Below, one piece after another: positions 5,917 to 14,436 of a DNA stretch of 14,707 nt. The translations under genes were made by a program, and so were the position numbers. Location: contig JBHLPL010000044.1 in the NCBI GenBank assembly GCA_048939465.1, positions 1 through 14,707 of the forward strand, in the 5' to 3' direction. Numbering within the stretch: position 1 is the stretch's first letter; each line of letters begins with the position of its first letter. The notes beneath the pieces were generated by a model. The model saw only the letters and a list, made by a program, of their open reading frames with translations, did not search any database and was not told where the DNA came from. Source of the stretch: Promethearchaeota archaeon. GTDB lineage: Archaea; Asgardarchaeota; Odinarchaeia; Odinarchaeales; JBHLKK01.

Positions 5917-7161
5917 ATGGGCTATACGTTCTTGACACTCGACGATGTAAACGTTTCTGGCAGAAGTGTCCTAGTTAGAGTAGACATTAACTCTCCGATT
6001 AGTCCCAGAAATGGAAAGATTCTGGACATCTCTCGAATGAGAGCAATACAAGACACACTTAATGATTTGAAACCTGCAAGAGTTGTGCTTCTGGCGCATC
6101 AGAGTCGACCCGGCAAAAGTGATTTCACAACGCTTAGGCCGCATGCTAAGGTCCTCAGGACGCTTACAGGCGGTCGTGTAAGGTTTGTTGAGGATATCTT
6201 TGGACCTACGGCAAGAGATGCGATTAAATCGACCAACATCGGTGAAATCTTACTTCTGGAAAATGTTCGTTTCTATTCCGAGGAGAATATAGAGGTTCCG
6301 CCAGAAAACTTGGTCAAGACTCACTTGGTTAGGATACTGTCTCCGTATTTCGATTTGTTTGTAAATGATGCATTTCCTGCCGCGCATAGGTCTCATCCAT
6401 CGTTGGTGGGATTTGCAGAGGTTTTGCCGACAGTAGCAGGACGTGTTATGGAACGTGAGTTGAACGCCCTAAACAAGAGTCTGAATCCAGATAGACCCTG
6501 TGCTTTTGTTATTGGTGGAAGTAAGGTCTATACAAAACTTAAGATCATCGAAAACATATTGAAGAATGGTAAGGCTGATAAAATCCTTGTTGGAGGCCTT
6601 TTGACACACATCTTCCTTCAAGCTGTTGGCAGAGATATTGGCAAGGTCAATGAGAAAGCTGTGGCAGAATACGGAAAACTCTTGGACCACGCTAAAAAGC
6701 TTATTAAAAAGCATGAGTCTGTAATAGAAATCCCTACAGATGTTGGCATTGACAAGGATGACGAAAGAATTAATATTTCCACCGACGAGCTACCGTCAGA
6801 TCACCAGATCTTGGATGTCGGTCCAAACACGGTTGATAAATATATAGATATCATTAACGCTTCTCAAACTGTTGTTGCAAACGGACCTTTGGGCGTTTTT
6901 GAAAGAAACGATTTTGCCTTCGGAACCAAGAAGATAGTTGAAGCCATGGCTACACACAATGAAACTACTATTGTTGGCGGGGGCGAATTAGGGGCTCTTA
7001 TCTACACTCTTGGGCTTGACAGTAAACTGAGTCATGTGAGTACAGGTGGCGGTGCAACAATATCTCTGCTCTCTGGTGAGCAATTGCCGGTGATTGCCGC
7101 TCTAGAACGTGCGTCCAAAAGATTCCGACAAGCAACCCGCAAAAAACTTAAAAAAACTTAA
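5917..7161 (+). CDS. pgk: phosphoglycerate kinase (archaeal type)
   Basis: LVRVDINSP, LAHQSRPG, LLENVRF, FVNDAFPAAHRSHPS, GGSKV, VANGPLGVFE, HVSTGGGA. Start at ATG 5917. Confidence 0.97.
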   Translation: MGYTFLTLDDVNVSGRSVLVRVDINSPISPRNGKILDISRMRAIQDTLNDLKPARVVLLAHQSRPGKSDFTTLRPHAKVLRTLTGGRVRFVEDIFGPTARDAIKSTNIGEILLLENVRFYSEENIEVPPENLVKTHLVRILSPYFDLFVNDAFPAAHRSHPSLVGFAEVLPTVAGRVMERELNALNKSLNPDRPCAFVIGGSKVYTKLKIIENILKNGKADKILVGGLLTHIFLQAVGRDIGKVNEKAVAEYGKLLDHAKKLIKKHESVIEIPTDVGIDKDDERINISTDELPSDHQILDVGPNTVDKYIDIINASQTVVANGPLGVFERNDFAFGTKKIVEAMATHNETTIVGGGELGALIYTLGLDSKLSHVSTGGGATISLLSGEQLPVIAALERASKRFRQATRKKLKKT

Positions 7162-7219
7162 TGTACCTTCTTATTCAATATCTTGATGAGAACAGCTAGG
7201 TCATATCCATCAATGGAGA

Positions 7220-7351
7220 GCCCCGGTGGCTTAGCCCGGTAGAGCAGCGGACTTGTAGGTCACGTTAGGCTTGGCTAAGAAATCCGCCGATTAGTGGTAA
7301 TTTACCATCATTAAGCGGAAGTCAAGGGTTCAAATCCCTTCCGGGGCTCCA
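7220..7351 (+). tRNA. trnT-TGT: tRNA-Thr(TGT) with two introns: 37/38 (7258-7281) and 45/46 (7290-7320)
   Basis: GCCCCGG/CCGGGGC-T-CCA. Anticodon arm GCGGA-CTTGTA|A-TCCGC. BHB helices CTTG/TAAG and CCGC/GCGG. Mature length 77 nt. Confidence 0.92.
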
Positions 7352-7413
7352 TCATTTGGAAAATCGGATTTTTATGCACCTTACATGGATCTTCATTGAA
7401 AAGGATCTTGCCG

Positions 7414-7463
7414 GTGAACTACGCCACTATTTCCGATGGAGTCTTCTTTCGGAGAAGAAGATA
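7414..7463. repeat. copy 2 of the 50-bp dispersed hairpin repeat
   Basis: 41/50 identical to 2068-2117, same orientation on the + strand. Stem TTTCCGA/TCGGAGA. Confidence 0.8.
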
Positions 7464-7466
7464 AAG

Positions 7467-7474
7467 TTTTAAAT
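7467..7474 (+). promoter_or_regulatory. putative TATA box of tRNA-Pro
   Basis: AAAG-TTTTAAAT 29-36 nt upstream of tRNA position 1. Confidence 0.5.
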
Positions 7475-7502
7475 TTGGATTACATCCAGTAGATTACCAA
7501 GT

Positions 7503-7640
7503 GGGGCGGTGGTCTAGCTTGGTATGATACAAGATTTGGGAGTGTCTCACATAACGTGTGATGCCGGCAAATCTTGTGGTCAGGAGTTCGAATCGAAAGG
7601 GCGTTACTACTTTTTCGAGGAATTCTCCTCCGCCCCACCA
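7503..7640 (+). tRNA. trnP-TGG: tRNA-Pro(TGG) with two introns: 37/38 (7541-7570) and 59/60 (7593-7623)
   Basis: GGGGCGG/CCGCCCC-A-CCA. Anticodon arm CAAGA-TTTGGG|A-TCTTG, T arm AGGAG/CTCCT. Both introns have good hairpins and relaxed (3 of 4 pairs) central helices. Mature length 77 nt. Confidence 0.9.
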
Positions 7641-7728
7641 ACTCCTTGATTTAATCTTTCATGATCCCGTGTCTTGGCTCGATATGTTTTTATTGAAATT
7701 CTGACTAAGACCTTCTTTGTGATATCCA

Positions 7729-8697
7729 ATGAGTGATGATATTGGTATTTGGGTTGAGAAATATCGCCCAAGAACGCTAAAAGACATAATCAATCAAACG
7801 GAGATAGTAGATAGGCTAAAGCACTTTGCAAACACAAGATCTATGCCGCACCTGATCTTTGCTGGCCCTCCCGGTACCGGAAAGACTACTGCTGCTTTAG
7901 CGCTGGCACACGATCTATTCGGTGACAACTATCGGCAGAATATGTTAGAACTGAATGCGAGCGATACCAGAGGGATCGATGTTATAAGAACGAGAGTGAA
8001 GGACTTTGCCCGCGTGTCGGGCTATGGCGAAGTACCCTTCAAATTAATGATTCTAGATGAAGCAGACAATATGACTGCAGATGCTCAACAAGCGTTAAGG
8101 AGAACGATGGAGCAATATACGCGAAATACCAGATTTATACTTGACTGCAACTACTCCAGTAAAATCATAGAGCCAATTCAATCACGCACTGTAGTCTTCA
8201 GGTTCACGCCGTTAAGCAATGAGGATATTACCAAACAGCTCGGGAATATAGCAAAGAGCGAAAGCGTGGATCTTACTCCTGAAGGAACTTCTGCAATTCT
8301 ATACGTTGCTGGCGGAGATATGCGAAAGGCCATCAACACTCTGCAGGCGGCATCTGCGTTTTCAGGAAGTGTTGGAGCGGATGTTGTCTACAAAGTTACT
8401 GGCAAGGCAAGGCCTGAGGAAATTGAATCAATGATTAATCTTGCATTACAGGGAGAGTTCATTGAATCAAGAGAAAAACTCAGAGAATTACTAATAAGAT
8501 ACGGTCTTTCTGGTGTTGACGTAATAAGACAGATCCACAAGGCCCTTTTTGTCCTTGACATCCCCGAAGACCTGAGGGTAAGTCTTGCTGATAAGACTGG
8601 AGAGATTGATTTTCGGTTAACTGAAGGTGCAAATGAGGAAATTCAGTTAAACGCCCTTCTGGCTTTCTGTGCTCTCCTAGGAAGCAAGAAAGATTAG
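7729..8697 (+). CDS. rfcS: replication factor C small subunit
   Basis: WVEKYRP, GPPGTGKT (Walker A), LELNASD, ILDEAD (Walker B), AQQALRRTME, IQSR, GDMRKAINTLQ. No intein. Confidence 0.97.
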   Translation: MSDDIGIWVEKYRPRTLKDIINQTEIVDRLKHFANTRSMPHLIFAGPPGTGKTTAALALAHDLFGDNYRQNMLELNASDTRGIDVIRTRVKDFARVSGYGEVPFKLMILDEADNMTADAQQALRRTMEQYTRNTRFILDCNYSSKIIEPIQSRTVVFRFTPLSNEDITKQLGNIAKSESVDLTPEGTSAILYVAGGDMRKAINTLQAASAFSGSVGADVVYKVTGKARPEEIESMINLALQGEFIESREKLRELLIRYGLSGVDVIRQIHKALFVLDIPEDLRVSLADKTGEIDFRLTEGANEEIQLNALLAFCALLGSKKD

Positions 8698-8706
8698 TCT
8701 CCTCTA

Positions 8707-9528
8707 TTATTCTTCCATTCTTAGGGAACTGAATGCACTCAGGAATGTTTGGTGAACCCGCATTCTAATCTGATAGTCTCTGGCTACCTGTCGCAAGTAT
8801 TCTCTAATCTCCTCCAAGGCGATTCTATTAACTGCAAATGAAAAAGGATATTCGATATTGTACAGGATTAGTCCCCGTGAGGAAGCGGGTTGTACATCCT
8901 TGGTTGGGGAGCTGGACGGATTCAAAAGTGTTCTTAGCTCCTCCAGAGGCATGATGCCTTTTCCAATATGCAGAAGCGTCGTCACGATCTTTCGTATCAT
9001 TTTCCAGAGAAATCTCTTTCCCTTAAAATCAAAAACAACGAAATCACCTTGCTTCTGCAACTTAACTTCCAAAAGAGTACAAATCGTGTTGTCTTTCTTA
9101 TTCGGCTTAGATAGCTTTTGAAAATCGTGGGTACCTTCCAGTAGTGATGCTCCTTTTATCATTTCATCCAGATTCTCTCCATCGTACGGTATGATATATC
9201 TATAATGCTTGTATATGGCCTCTTTTCTAGGATTGAATTTCTCTGGAACCTCAGATATCGCCCACGTTTTGATGTCTTTAGGAAGAAGACTATTAATCAG
9301 TGGGATTATCGGAGTCTGAGCTGATGAAAAACTGACTACTTGAGAAACCGCTGAGACTTCTCTGTCCGTTCTACTTGCAGAAACATATCTTGCCTTCCTT
9401 AGGTCCTCAACAATCTTCAATTTCTTAAGAACTCTTAGAAGCTCTCCTTCAATTGTAGACAGATCTGGTTGACGCTGGAATCCGTGATAGTTAAGTCCAA
9501 TGTAGAACAATTTGATTGCATAGCGCAT
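8707..9528 (-). CDS. truA: tRNA pseudouridine(38-40) synthase
   Basis: YHGFQRQP, ASRTD (catalytic Asp), EGTHDF, FLWKMIRKIV. Confidence 0.94.
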   Translation of the reverse strand: MRYAIKLFYIGLNYHGFQRQPDLSTIEGELLRVLKKLKIVEDLRKARYVSASRTDREVSAVSQVVSFSSAQTPIIPLINSLLPKDIKTWAISEVPEKFNPRKEAIYKHYRYIIPYDGENLDEMIKGASLLEGTHDFQKLSKPNKKDNTICTLLEVKLQKQGDFVVFDFKGKRFLWKMIRKIVTTLLHIGKGIMPLEELRTLLNPSSSPTKDVQPASSRGLILYNIEYPFSFAVNRIALEEIREYLRQVARDYQIRMRVHQTFLSAFSSLRMEE

Positions 9529-9608
9529 CTCGGTTTCACCAAGGAGTCAGTCGACGGAACAAGTTGAATAAGCTAAATCAACGCTTGTTTAAGTCAAACC
9601 GATCTGAC
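9529..9608 (-). promoter_or_regulatory. structured 5' leader of truA: long hairpin plus SD-sequestering hairpin
   Basis: Minus strand: GTCAG/CTGAC, CGG/CCG, AACAAG/CTTGTT and TTGA/TCAA nested stems, then CTTGGT-GAA-ACCGAG directly before ATG. TTAAAT at 9633-9628. Confidence 0.45.
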
Positions 9609-9638
9609 GGAACCATTCAAAGTAGGCATTTAAGAGAT

Positions 9639-10172
9639 TCAGATTCGCTTTTCCTTAAGATGCTTCATTATATGACCAATCTCGGGGATTATTAATTGTT
9701 CCAATGCGAGTCTTGCAGCATCGGGTGAACCTGGCAAGCAGAATATCACAGTTTCTTTTATAATACCTGCTATTGCCCTTGTTAGTATAGTTGCCGCACC
9801 AATTTCCTTGAAGCTTATCTGTCGTAGAAGCTCCCCGAAACCGGGAATCTTCTTTTCTAGAAGGGGTTCTATCGATTCCACGGTCACATCCCTCGGTGAG
9901 AGCCCTGTCCCCCCTGTTGTTATAATTGCTGGCACCGGAATACCTAATAACTCCTCTACAACTCTCAGAATATGTGCCTTGCTATCAGGAACGCATTCTA
10001 TGGATTCTACCTTATGTCCCGCATCCGTCAGGAGTTGAACCATGATGGGGGTGGATCTATCACTGGACTCCTTTCCAGATTTCAACTCCTCGTATCTCGA
10101 GTCGCTTACAACAACAACGGCAAATGGTATGTTCTTGGGTGCCCCTTTCTTGTGTTTTGCTGGTATTGACAT
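9639..10172 (-). CDS. moaB: molybdenum cofactor biosynthesis protein B (MoaB/MogA family)
   Basis: VVVVSDSR, ITTGGTGLSPRDVTVE, IPGFGELLR, IFCLPGSPDA. Confidence 0.93.
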   Translation of the reverse strand: MSIPAKHKKGAPKNIPFAVVVVSDSRYEELKSGKESSDRSTPIMVQLLTDAGHKVESIECVPDSKAHILRVVEELLGIPVPAIITTGGTGLSPRDVTVESIEPLLEKKIPGFGELLRQISFKEIGAATILTRAIAGIIKETVIFCLPGSPDAARLALEQLIIPEIGHIMKHLKEKRI

Positions 10173-10181
10173 CAATCTCGC

Positions 10182-10637
10182 CTATTTTCTCTTCTCTTTT
10201 CTTATTACGCGTATGTCTGTTATTGCAGTGTTTGGATATTGACCGAACTCGTCTTTTTCATACTTTTTTACCATATCCCAAATTGTTAATAACGCTGCAC
10301 TGAGAGATGTTAGCGCCTCCATTTCCACCCCTGTTTTGCCTACGCTCACGACTTCGCTCGTTACTGTGAGGCCGTTGTCTTCTATTTTCGTGACTATTGA
10401 GACCTTAGTTATAGGTATGGGATGACATAGAGGCACAATGATCGGTGTTTGCTTTGCTGCCAGGATGGCCGCAGTCTTCGCCACCGCCAGCACGTTGCCC
10501 TTCTCCACATTTCCCTTTCTGATTCTTATCACCGTTTCTGGTCGAAGTCTAATATGTCCGCTTGCTCGGGCGATCCTTGTCAAATCAGCCTTTCGAGTTA
10601 TCTCAACCATTCTAACTTGATCCTTTTCCTCTTCCAT
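10182..10637 (-). CDS. moaC: cyclic pyranopterin monophosphate synthase
   Basis: VRMVEIT.K...R.A.ASG, KGNVLAVA, IVPLCHPIPI, GKTGVEMEAL, TIWDMVK. Confidence 0.96.
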   Translation of the reverse strand: MEEEKDQVRMVEITRKADLTRIARASGHIRLRPETVIRIRKGNVEKGNVLAVAKTAAILAAKQTPIIVPLCHPIPITKVSIVTKIEDNGLTVTSEVVSVGKTGVEMEALTSLSAALLTIWDMVKKYEKDEFGQYPNTAITDIRVIRKEKRK

Positions 10638-10721
10638 GTTTATGCCTCTCCTATCTTTACGTCCAAAAATGAAGATGGGCTAAATTCATCTCGGAGATAC
10701 TTCCTAAGAATTCTTCTCACC

Positions 10722-11456
10722 TTATCTTCCCGGAACTACTTTTTCGGATTTCTCTTCTATGCGTTCTCTGTCGAATGCGTCCCTGTGTTTCATTTTCATT
10801 TTTCTACTCAACATCTGCTGGATCTTCTTTTGCATAAGAGTGCGTTCCTTAACCAAGTCTGTGATTTTGCTTTGGAAGTCACCAAGACGGGTTGATAAAC
10901 CTTCCAGTCTTCTATTTAAACTCTGAATGGTTAGGTCCTTTCTTCTTATACTCGCTTTCAGTCTTGAGAGTCTTGAGAGCAGGATTTCTCTCTCTTTTTC
11001 TAGCTCTGTAACATTTAATCTCAGAATTCGTATCTCTTCAATTACCGGGTTGATTTCTGGGTAGTACCTTCCAGTTAATTGCGTGATCGAGGCTAGTTGC
11101 TCATTTATGGTATCGAAGTTCCTACCAAAAAAACTGAGGGCTCTATCGGTATCTAGCTCCTTGTTAGTTAATATTCTATAGTTATTCTCCAATGTGTCTA
11201 TGGCTTCTTGATACTGCGTTTGTGTTTCTTCACTTCTCTGGTACTCCAGTGTTTCGGCAGCTACCCTCCTAAGTCCCTTTAGGGATCCAGCAAGTTGCCT
11301 GATATAGCTTGCTATCTGACCCCTTTGTTCTATAGCCTCATCTTTTTCTAAGGTCTTCAATCTTGAGCTGGCCCCATCCAACATTCTTATCAATAGCTTT
11401 ACCCTGCTTAGCCTTTCCTCAAAAGGTAGAGTCAATATTTCTCCCCTCGGGGTCAC
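10722..11456 (-). CDS. hypothetical coiled-coil protein
   Basis: 244-aa ORF, all-helical composition, long heptad-like stretch from about residue 135 to 220. GTG start uncertain; no family recognised. Confidence 0.7.
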   Translation of the reverse strand: MTPRGEILTLPFEERLSRVKLLIRMLDGASSRLKTLEKDEAIEQRGQIASYIRQLAGSLKGLRRVAAETLEYQRSEETQTQYQEAIDTLENNYRILTNKELDTDRALSFFGRNFDTINEQLASITQLTGRYYPEINPVIEEIRILRLNVTELEKEREILLSRLSRLKASIRRKDLTIQSLNRRLEGLSTRLGDFQSKITDLVKERTLMQKKIQQMLSRKMKMKHRDAFDRERIEEKSEKVVPGR

Positions 11457-11607
11457 CCAATAAATAGGTGGATCTTCATTCTTTAATTCTCACTCTTATG
11501 ATAGCCTCTCTTACTAAATAAGAATTGCTTTTCTCTTATATGGTATCTGAAATCTGTCAGGTGGGAGCTTATCCGAACCAAAAAATCGCCCAATGAGCGT
11601 GAATGCT

Positions 11608-12240
11608 CTATCGTAGCATGCTCAGTGCCTTTCTACGTATTTTCGTCAAAAAGCGCGTTGGCCGACCGTATACTTCTGTCCGGTTTTTTCGTATAGCTTC
11701 CAATATGTCCTCAACATCTGTCTCATCAATTATTGTATATGCATTTCCTACAGCTGTGCCAATGTGTGCATCACTTCCAGCAACAGTGGAATATCCTTCT
11801 TTTTCAGCGGCTCTTCTGGCAAGTCTGTTTGCAAATGGTAAAACCAAGTTTGAATTGTAAACCTCTACAGCATCGAATTTTAGCGCTTTCATCCTAAAGC
11901 CTATGCTATTTCTCAAAAGGTCATATGGATGCGGTATAACTGCTATTCCTCCTCTATCTCTTATCAAGTCAATTGTTTCCTGTGCACTCCTTCCTTCTGG
12001 CAATCTTTGCGTTATACCTAATCCCAGTATTTCACCATCCTTTGTAGATACCTCTGTCCCCGGAATAACTGTAAGCTCTTGGTTATTTCTCATTGCTTGA
12101 AGAGCTCCAACAGTTGTGTTGTGATCGGTTATTGCGATCCCGTCGAGTTTCTTGCTTATCGCTATTTTGACTATTGTCTTTGGTGAATCTAAGCCACACT
12201 TTGAATAGTGCGTATGTATGTGGAGGTCGAACTTTGCCAT
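11608..12240 (-). CDS. PHP-domain metal-dependent phosphoesterase
   Basis: DLHIHTHYS, AITDHN, PGTEVST..G.IL, IPHPY, AVEVYNS, AGSDAH. Confidence 0.92.
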   Translation of the reverse strand: MAKFDLHIHTHYSKCGLDSPKTIVKIAISKKLDGIAITDHNTTVGALQAMRNNQELTVIPGTEVSTKDGEILGLGITQRLPEGRSAQETIDLIRDRGGIAVIPHPYDLLRNSIGFRMKALKFDAVEVYNSNLVLPFANRLARRAAEKEGYSTVAGSDAHIGTAVGNAYTIIDETDVEDILEAIRKNRTEVYGRPTRFLTKIRRKALSMLR

Positions 12241-12299
12241 TTTCTACATCTCTGGAGATTCATCGCAATTTTCAATGTGAATTTTTTACCCTTCTTATT

Positions 12300-13928
12300 T
12301 CAATCTGATAGCGCCATTATCAATGCTTTCTTAAATTCATTTAATGTGGCCCGATCCGTACGTTCTGCCATTTTGTTTGGAAGACATATGAATCGAATTC
12401 CTCTAAGATCAGAGCCTTTTCTAAAAGCCTCGACTAATTCATTTCCATACTTATCCCAATTGTTATAAAAAACAACCGTTTTGTATATGTGTGTTGAAAC
12501 GTACTCCTCAAAGGCATTTGATATCGTCTCAACACTTTCGTATTGGTACTCATCTAATACCTCGTGCTGCGAGAGTGGATATATATCTTCCAACTCTCGT
12601 GGAGTGAGTCCAAATAGCATGGAAACTGTAAAAACATGAAATCTTTCCCTTTCTTTTGCAGAGAATTCTTCGAATATTTCTTGATATCTCCGATGTTCGA
12701 TGGATCGTCTGTAGGGCTTGGTTCTTGGCTCAGGTAAAACTACCATAATATCGGTTTTTTCTGGTTTTTCATATCGCTTGAGTCTCTCTATGTGTCGAAT
12801 CGTCTCAGGTCTCGATAGGGAGGACGTTCCACAATAGAATATCCCTCTTTTTTTTATCAATGGAGTGAATCTTTCAAGGTATTTAGAGTATTTCTTGAGC
12901 CTATATAGGCTTTGAAGGAGTTTGGGATGAGCTCTGCTCCTCATTTCCACGAACTCCCAAAGCCTCCCGTCATAGATTGCTTGTCTTATCTTCCTAATCT
13001 CGTTTAGTGAGACATACAGGTTGTGTCTCGAAATAACTATCTCCCGTTCGTTGGGCGGAAGTTGATTTATCTCTTGTGGGTCAATTCTTCGGCAGACAGG
13101 ACACAAGCAAATGGATTCTTTTAGATTTCCCATGCGTACCGTCCCTTGGTTTGTCATATATCGTCCCTGTGCTGCATACAAAGCATAAGCTGCGGAGTCA
13201 AAAACGTCACACCCAAGCAATACGGCAAGTGAAAACATCATTGGGTGGCCAGCACCGAAAAGATGTACTGGTCTCTCCAGTGGTAAATTCATTTTCGCAC
13301 TCATGATTAATTCCACAATCTGATCAAACCGGTATTGTTCCATTAGCTGGGTTGGACTCCCGATAGCATGTATGTCGAAATCAAGCTTCCCCATCTCTTC
13401 CGCACATAGTTGGACCAAATCCAGATTAGTGCCTCCCTGTATTGGCCCTACCCATAAAAGATCCTCCTTAGTTCTTATCGCTTCACTTTCTTTAGCTCTT
13501 CTTATGGTCTCCATCACTGTGTCTCTGGCGTGGCTATACGAGGCGCTACCTCCAGTTGGAACATCGAGTATTACTGCGATATCAGAGTCGATCTTCTCCT
13601 GAAATGTGATGATTTCGGATGAAGAAACATCAACTTGACCATAGACTAGCAGCTGATAGGCTCCTGAATCTGTCATAATCGATTTTGAAAAATCAAGCAA
13701 TCTATGGACGGTCTTCTTGATGGCTTCGCATCTCAAGTTCTTATAAAGAATGTACGCATTCGTGATTATTGCATCACATCCAAATTCTCTTTCAAGTTCT
13801 TCCGGCGGGACAGTTATTTTCATCGGATTTACTACTGGCAACAGTACTGGTGTTCTTATTTTTCCTGTTTTGGTACGTATCGTTCCAGTGCGTCCCATTA
13901 TGTCTCTTTCTTTGATTTCAAAGGCCAT
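12300..13928 (-). CDS. tgtA: archaeal tRNA-guanine(15) transglycosylase (archaeosine pathway)
   Basis: TPVLLPVVNP, IITNAYI, MTDSGAYQL, GPIQGG, PVHLFGAGHP, DVFDSAAY, zinc site CLCPVC...RHNL. No C-terminal PUA domain evident. Start at ATG 13928; the ORF track gives 13937. Confidence 0.95.
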   Translation of the reverse strand: MAFEIKERDIMGRTGTIRTKTGKIRTPVLLPVVNPMKITVPPEELEREFGCDAIITNAYILYKNLRCEAIKKTVHRLLDFSKSIMTDSGAYQLLVYGQVDVSSSEIITFQEKIDSDIAVILDVPTGGSASYSHARDTVMETIRRAKESEAIRTKEDLLWVGPIQGGTNLDLVQLCAEEMGKLDFDIHAIGSPTQLMEQYRFDQIVELIMSAKMNLPLERPVHLFGAGHPMMFSLAVLLGCDVFDSAAYALYAAQGRYMTNQGTVRMGNLKESICLCPVCRRIDPQEINQLPPNEREIVISRHNLYVSLNEIRKIRQAIYDGRLWEFVEMRSRAHPKLLQSLYRLKKYSKYLERFTPLIKKRGIFYCGTSSLSRPETIRHIERLKRYEKPEKTDIMVVLPEPRTKPYRRSIEHRRYQEIFEEFSAKERERFHVFTVSMLFGLTPRELEDIYPLSQHEVLDEYQYESVETISNAFEEYVSTHIYKTVVFYNNWDKYGNELVEAFRKGSDLRGIRFICLPNKMAERTDRATLNEFKKALIMALSD

Positions 13929-14004
13929 CCTCTGCACCTTTTGTGGATTTCTCGTTATTTTTTTACCACTAACAAAAAAAGAATAACACTATTAGAGCAA
14001 AGCT

Positions 14005-14436
14005 CTAATCCGCTTCTTTTTCTTCAAAATAGTGTTCATAGACTTTTCTCACGCGTTCCGCAATAGGTCCTGTTCCCTCTACGCCTTCTTCTGTAACTCG
14101 TATTTTGTTAAGTATTGATATCACTCTGGCATCTTCTAGGTACTTAACTTCGCCTGGGGGAAATATTTTTTGAAGTTCGTCGGCCAAACCTCCTAGGTCA
14201 AAGGGCTCTTCTGTTTTTACAAGCTCGACGATGTTGTTTCCATTTATAAAGACCCTATGAGCCATCTTCCCTTCATTGTCCTTTGCATCGGCAAGAACCA
14301 GGCTCAGGGTATTCACATCGAACCCTTTTAATACGCCGCTGTATGTCTTTCCTGAAGTCATAATCACATTCACTGCCGATTCCAGTAATGAAACCAACTC
14401 TCTAAAGAAGCGTCTACTTGATGCACTTTCAGACAT
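14005..14436 (-). CDS. Sm-like archaeal protein with C-terminal extension (SmAP3 type)
   Basis: Sm fold V.V....GK.YSGVLKGFD..TLSLVL.DA......RVFING.NI, followed by an about 65-aa C-terminal domain (PFDLGGLA..L...F....VKY...A.VI.I.NKI.V...GV.GTGP.AERV) characteristic of SmAP3. Confidence 0.88.
   Translation of the reverse strand: MSESASSRRFFRELVSLLESAVNVIMTSGKTYSGVLKGFDVNTLSLVLADAKDNEGKMAHRVFINGNNIVELVKTEEPFDLGGLADELQKIFPPGEVKYLEDARVISILNKIRVTEEGVEGTGPIAERVRKVYEHYFEEKEAD

Noticed and set aside
2157-7351. Integrated element bounded by the near-identical 3' ends of the two tRNA-Thr genes
   Set aside because: Both are complete, inverted tRNA paralogs; the interval holds core genes (trpS, pgk) and no integrase.
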